From the NCBI GenBank assembly GCA_029268325.1, contig JAJUGC010000001.1:1-26249 (forward strand): a stretch of 26,249 nucleotides of DNA. The letters are read 5' to 3'. A program made the translations under genes and the position numbers. The notes beneath the pieces were generated by a model that saw only the letters and a list, made by a program, of their open reading frames with translations, searched no databases and was not told the origin of the DNA. The DNA comes from Gammaproteobacteria bacterium. Its GTDB lineage: Bacteria; Pseudomonadota; Gammaproteobacteria; Pseudomonadales; Oleiphilaceae. Below, one piece after another: positions 23,022 to 26,249 of the stretch. The number at the start of each line of letters is the position of its first letter. The first letter of the stretch is position 1.

Positions 23022-25610
23022 ATGGAGGCAAGGCCAGATTGCCGAAGCAGGGCGCTAAGATGTCGGTTACTGGTGAGCCTCTTGCTGGCCTTGGGAATAG
23101 TCTTATGGAGCATGCCCGGTTGGAGTCAGGGGCCGGACCGCTACTCCCTGGACGCGCAACTGCAATTCCTGGTCGACCCGTCCGATAGCCTGTCGCTGGC
23201 AGAGGCCCTCCGTAGCGATCAGTGGCAGCAGAACAGGTCCGGCAAGGTCATTAACCGCGGCTTTTCCGACGACACGCTTTGGGTGCGGGCCCGGGTTCCG
23301 GGAACTGTGGAAGGGGCGGAGTCCAGATATCTGGTGATCCCCTATCCCTTGCTGGAGCAGGTCAGGCTGTATGTGCGCGATCCCGCCAGCGGGGCCTTGT
23401 TGAGCCAGTCCGATCAGTCCCAGCTCCGGGCCCAGCAATCCTTGCTGTATCACTTCTACTTCATGATTTTTCCCCTGCCGGAGGACAGCACGGGCACTTT
23501 GGATCTGGTGCTTCAGGTCAAGTCCGCCACTTCATTGCAGGTGCCCCTGGAAGTTTGGTCGGAACAATACCTGGTGCGCTACCAGATCTACGAAACCCTG
23601 TTCTGGGGGCTGTATTTTGGTGTCATCCTGGCTCTGGGAGCCTTTAACCTGTTTGTCGCCTGGTCCGTGCGGGATAAGGCCTACCTGTATTATGTGTTCT
23701 ATCTCGCCTCAATGGCTGGAGTCATGCTGACCTTGTCCGGCCTGGGTTCGGCTTACTTGTGGCCCCAGGATCCCACTTTTCACCGCTATGTGCTGCCCAC
23801 CTGTACGGCCCTGACGGTGATCTGGGCCTTGCTCTTTACCCGTAAGTTCCTGTACCGGCGCGGCTTTCCCGGCAAGCTCGATGCCACTTTGGCGGTTATC
23901 ACCGGCTTTGCCCTGGTGTTGATCCTGTACTCCTGGACTGAACCCTTGCAGGGGCTGAAGTGGTCGGGCGTCTTGGGTGGTCTGGTGGTTGTGTTGGTGA
24001 CAGTGGCCGGCATTCGGGCCTGGTCGGCGGGCGTGGTGATCGCCCGTTACTTTGTCCTGGCCTGGTTGATGTTTGCCGCAGGCGCGGTGGTTTACCTGCT
24101 GGCTATCTTCGGGGTTTTGCCAGTCTCCCGTTTTTCCAACCATGCCTTTCAGATCGGCTCGGCCCTGGAAGCGGTGTTCCTGTGCTTTGCCCTGGCCCAT
24201 CGCATCAAGGAAGAGCGCCAGGAAAAGCTCGATGCCCTCCAGCAGCGCCACCAGGCCGAGCAGCAGGTGCGGGCGCTGGAACGAGAGACCCTGGAATACG
24301 CCACCCGGGATCCGGTGACCCGCATGCCCAACGAGGCCCTGTTGCTGGCCCGGCTCCAGGAACTGATCCACGCCGCCTCCCCGGGCCAGTCCTGGGCCCT
24401 GGTGATCCTGCACTTTCCCCAGATGAAGGAGCTGTTGTCGTCCCTTGGGCGGGGGCTGTCGGAATCCCTGTTTCGCACCCTGACCCGCCAGCTCAACCTC
24501 ATCCTGGCGGACAGCCCTTCGGCCACCTTTATCGAGGAGAAACATCGGGCCTATCTGGCCGTTCTGGATTTTGGCTCCCTGGCCCTGATCTGTGAAACCA
24601 GCGGGGAAGAGGGCGTGGCGAGCCGGCTGGTGTCGCGCATTATGCGCCATTTCGAATCTCCCATTGATGTCAGCAGTGTGGCGGTCAGCCTGGACCTGTT
24701 TGCGGGAATCGCCTGTTATCCCAGCCATGGGGATCGGGCCGACTTGCTGCTGCAGTATGCGGGGGCGGCCAAGGACGAAGGACTGCGCCGGGGAGAGCGG
24801 ATCTTTATTTACAGCCCTGAGCTGGATGCCTATGGGCGTCGTCGGCTGGCCTTGATGGGCGCCCTGTCCCGGGCAATTGGCGACAATGAGCTGGAGCTTT
24901 ACCTGCAGCCACAAATGGATTGCAGCGGGCGGGGGCTGGTGGGAGCCGAGATCCTGCTGCGTTGGAATAGCCCTCGCTACGGCCGGGTGTCGCCTGGGGA
25001 GTTTATCGAAATTGCGGAAAGCGCCGGACTGATAGGGCCGCTGACCCGCTATGTGGTTCGCCGTTCCCTGGAGTTGCTGCATTCCCTGAACCAGAACGGC
25101 CTGCATTTGACCTTGAGTATCAACCTGTCGGTGCAGAACCTGATCGAGCCGGATTTCGTCCGTTTTATTACCACCTGTGCGGAGCATTACCAGGTCAGGC
25201 TGTCGGACCTGATCCTGGAAGTAACCGAAACCACCCTGATCGAAAAAGTGGGCACTGTGGTCGACAATCTGGAGCAGTTGAGCGCGGCTGGATGCAGTAT
25301 CGCCTTGGATGACTTCGGCACGGGGTATTCCTCGCTGGCTTACTTGAGCCGGCTGCCCATCCATGAGCTGAAGATTGACCGCAGCTTTATCAGCCAGATG
25401 AAGCAAAACCTGAGCAACCTGCGGATTGTCGAGAACACCATCAAACTGGCCCGGACTCTGCGGATCCAGACTGTCGCCGAGGGCATCGAAGACCGGGAAA
25501 CCCTGGAGGCGGTCACCCGGATGGGCTGTGACCGGGTACAGGGCTATCACATCAGCCGGCCCATGCCCGCCGCCGAGTTCCGGTATTGGGCCATGCAGGT
25601 GGCGGGCTAG
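23022..25610 (+). CDS. 7TM-DISM sensor / degenerate GGDEF / EAL c-di-GMP phosphodiesterase
   Basis: DISMED2-like periplasmic domain (FLVDPSDSLSL, GFSDDTLWVR, YPLLEQVRLY); 7TM (LYFGVILALGAFNLF, YLYYVFY); EAL set EIL (24948-24956), INLS, LEVTE, DDFGTGYSSL (from 25308), LKIDRSF, VAEGIE, QGYH. Confidence 0.92.
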   Translation: MEARPDCRSRALRCRLLVSLLLALGIVLWSMPGWSQGPDRYSLDAQLQFLVDPSDSLSLAEALRSDQWQQNRSGKVINRGFSDDTLWVRARVPGTVEGAESRYLVIPYPLLEQVRLYVRDPASGALLSQSDQSQLRAQQSLLYHFYFMIFPLPEDSTGTLDLVLQVKSATSLQVPLEVWSEQYLVRYQIYETLFWGLYFGVILALGAFNLFVAWSVRDKAYLYYVFYLASMAGVMLTLSGLGSAYLWPQDPTFHRYVLPTCTALTVIWALLFTRKFLYRRGFPGKLDATLAVITGFALVLILYSWTEPLQGLKWSGVLGGLVVVLVTVAGIRAWSAGVVIARYFVLAWLMFAAGAVVYLLAIFGVLPVSRFSNHAFQIGSALEAVFLCFALAHRIKEERQEKLDALQQRHQAEQQVRALERETLEYATRDPVTRMPNEALLLARLQELIHAASPGQSWALVILHFPQMKELLSSLGRGLSESLFRTLTRQLNLILADSPSATFIEEKHRAYLAVLDFGSLALICETSGEEGVASRLVSRIMRHFESPIDVSSVAVSLDLFAGIACYPSHGDRADLLLQYAGAAKDEGLRRGERIFIYSPELDAYGRRRLALMGALSRAIGDNELELYLQPQMDCSGRGLVGAEILLRWNSPRYGRVSPGEFIEIAESAGLIGPLTRYVVRRSLELLHSLNQNGLHLTLSINLSVQNLIEPDFVRFITTCAEHYQVRLSDLILEVTETTLIEKVGTVVDNLEQLSAAGCSIALDDFGTGYSSLAYLSRLPIHELKIDRSFISQMKQNLSNLRIVENTIKLARTLRIQTVAEGIEDRETLEAVTRMGCDRVQGYHISRPMPAAEFRYWAMQVAG

Positions 25611-25645
25611 AAGCAGCGCTTGGAGCCAGGGAAAGAGAGGGCGTT

Positions 25646-26249
25646 ATGGAGGTTCCTTTTACCTTTGTGGTGAATGCAGGGTCCGGCAGCCAGGATGCGG
25701 AGACAGTGCTGGCCGCTATTGAGCGGTTGATTCCCAGGGAGCGCCAGGGCCGCTTCGTGATTATCCGGCCCGGCGATGACCTCCGCCAGTTCCTGGATGA
25801 TGCTGTGGAGGACTGTCGGCAATCGGGTGGAGTGCTGGTGGCGGCGGGAGGCGACGGCACGGTGAATGCCGTGATCAAACGGATCCTGCCCCTGGGGCTG
25901 ACGCTGGGGGTGATTCCTTTGGGAACCTTTAATTATTTCGCACGCCAGCATGGCATTCCCCTGGAACTGGACGAGGCCCTGGCCAACCTGCTAACCGCCG
26001 AGGCGGTCAAGGTGCCGGTGTGCCAGGTCAACGGCGAGCCCTTTATCGTCAACGTCAGTCTGGGCCTGCATGCCCGCATTATTGCGGCCCGGGAGCGACA
26101 CACCAAAATCACCGGACGTAACCGCTTTGTGGCAGTGGTCTCTGGCTTGGTGACCGCCTTACAGGAGCAATACAGCCTGCGCGCCCGGTTGGTGCTGGAC
26201 AAGCGGCCCTTGCACCGTAAGGCGGCCATGGTGCTGGTGGGCAACAATA
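25646..26249 (+). CDS. Diacylglycerol-kinase-family (YegS/DgkB-like) lipid kinase; 3' end runs off the window
   Basis: Hand translation: MEVPFTFVVNAGSGS...VLVAAGGDGTVNAV (GGDGT 25847-25861)...LGVIPLGTFNYFARQHGIP...VNGEPFIVNVSLGL. It is missing from the ORF track because there is no stop in the window. Confidence 0.88.
   Translation, partial: MEVPFTFVVNAGSGSQDAETVLAAIERLIPRERQGRFVIIRPGDDLRQFLDDAVEDCRQSGGVLVAAGGDGTVNAVIKRILPLGLTLGVIPLGTFNYFARQHGIPLELDEALANLLTAEAVKVPVCQVNGEPFIVNVSLGLHARIIAARERHTKITGRNRFVAVVSGLVTALQEQYSLRARLVLDKRPLHRKAAMVLVGNN

Noticed and set aside
1-26249. CRISPR arrays, tRNA/rRNA, IS elements, prophage genes
   Set aside because: No regularly spaced repeats, RNA-gene signatures, transposase, integrase or phage structural motifs were seen by eye.

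Overview
GC-rich gammaproteobacterial chromosomal window; a marine Oceanospirillales/Marinobacter-like host is an inference from gene types only. It holds about 22 protein-coding genes. I saw no rRNA, tRNA, CRISPR array or IS element. Two genes missing from the ORF track run off the window edges: a stand-alone NarJ-like chaperone (1-585, minus) and a YegS/DAGK-family lipid kinase (25646-end, plus). Housekeeping-type genes include trhO, a Tag-family glycosylase, an M48 lipoprotein protease, LOG, MATE, a Na/Pi cotransporter and slyD. The best candidate for an undescribed system is at 21.6-26.2 kb. There, a PilZ domain with intact c-di-GMP motifs is fused to a domain matching cyanobacterial acyl-ACP reductase (AAR) block by block, including the catalytic-Cys segment. 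This gene is divergent, across 85 bp, from a 7TM-DISM/degenerate-GGDEF/intact-EAL phosphodiesterase and a lipid kinase, suggesting c-di-GMP-gated fatty-acyl reduction. The second highlight is a 1520-aa CtpH/CtpI-like P-type ATPase. Its N-terminal half is a catalytically dead ATPase copy, its C-terminal half keeps a SERCA-like Ca2+ signature, and it ends in a duplicated acidic tail. All family calls come from motif recognition by eye; no database searches were run.
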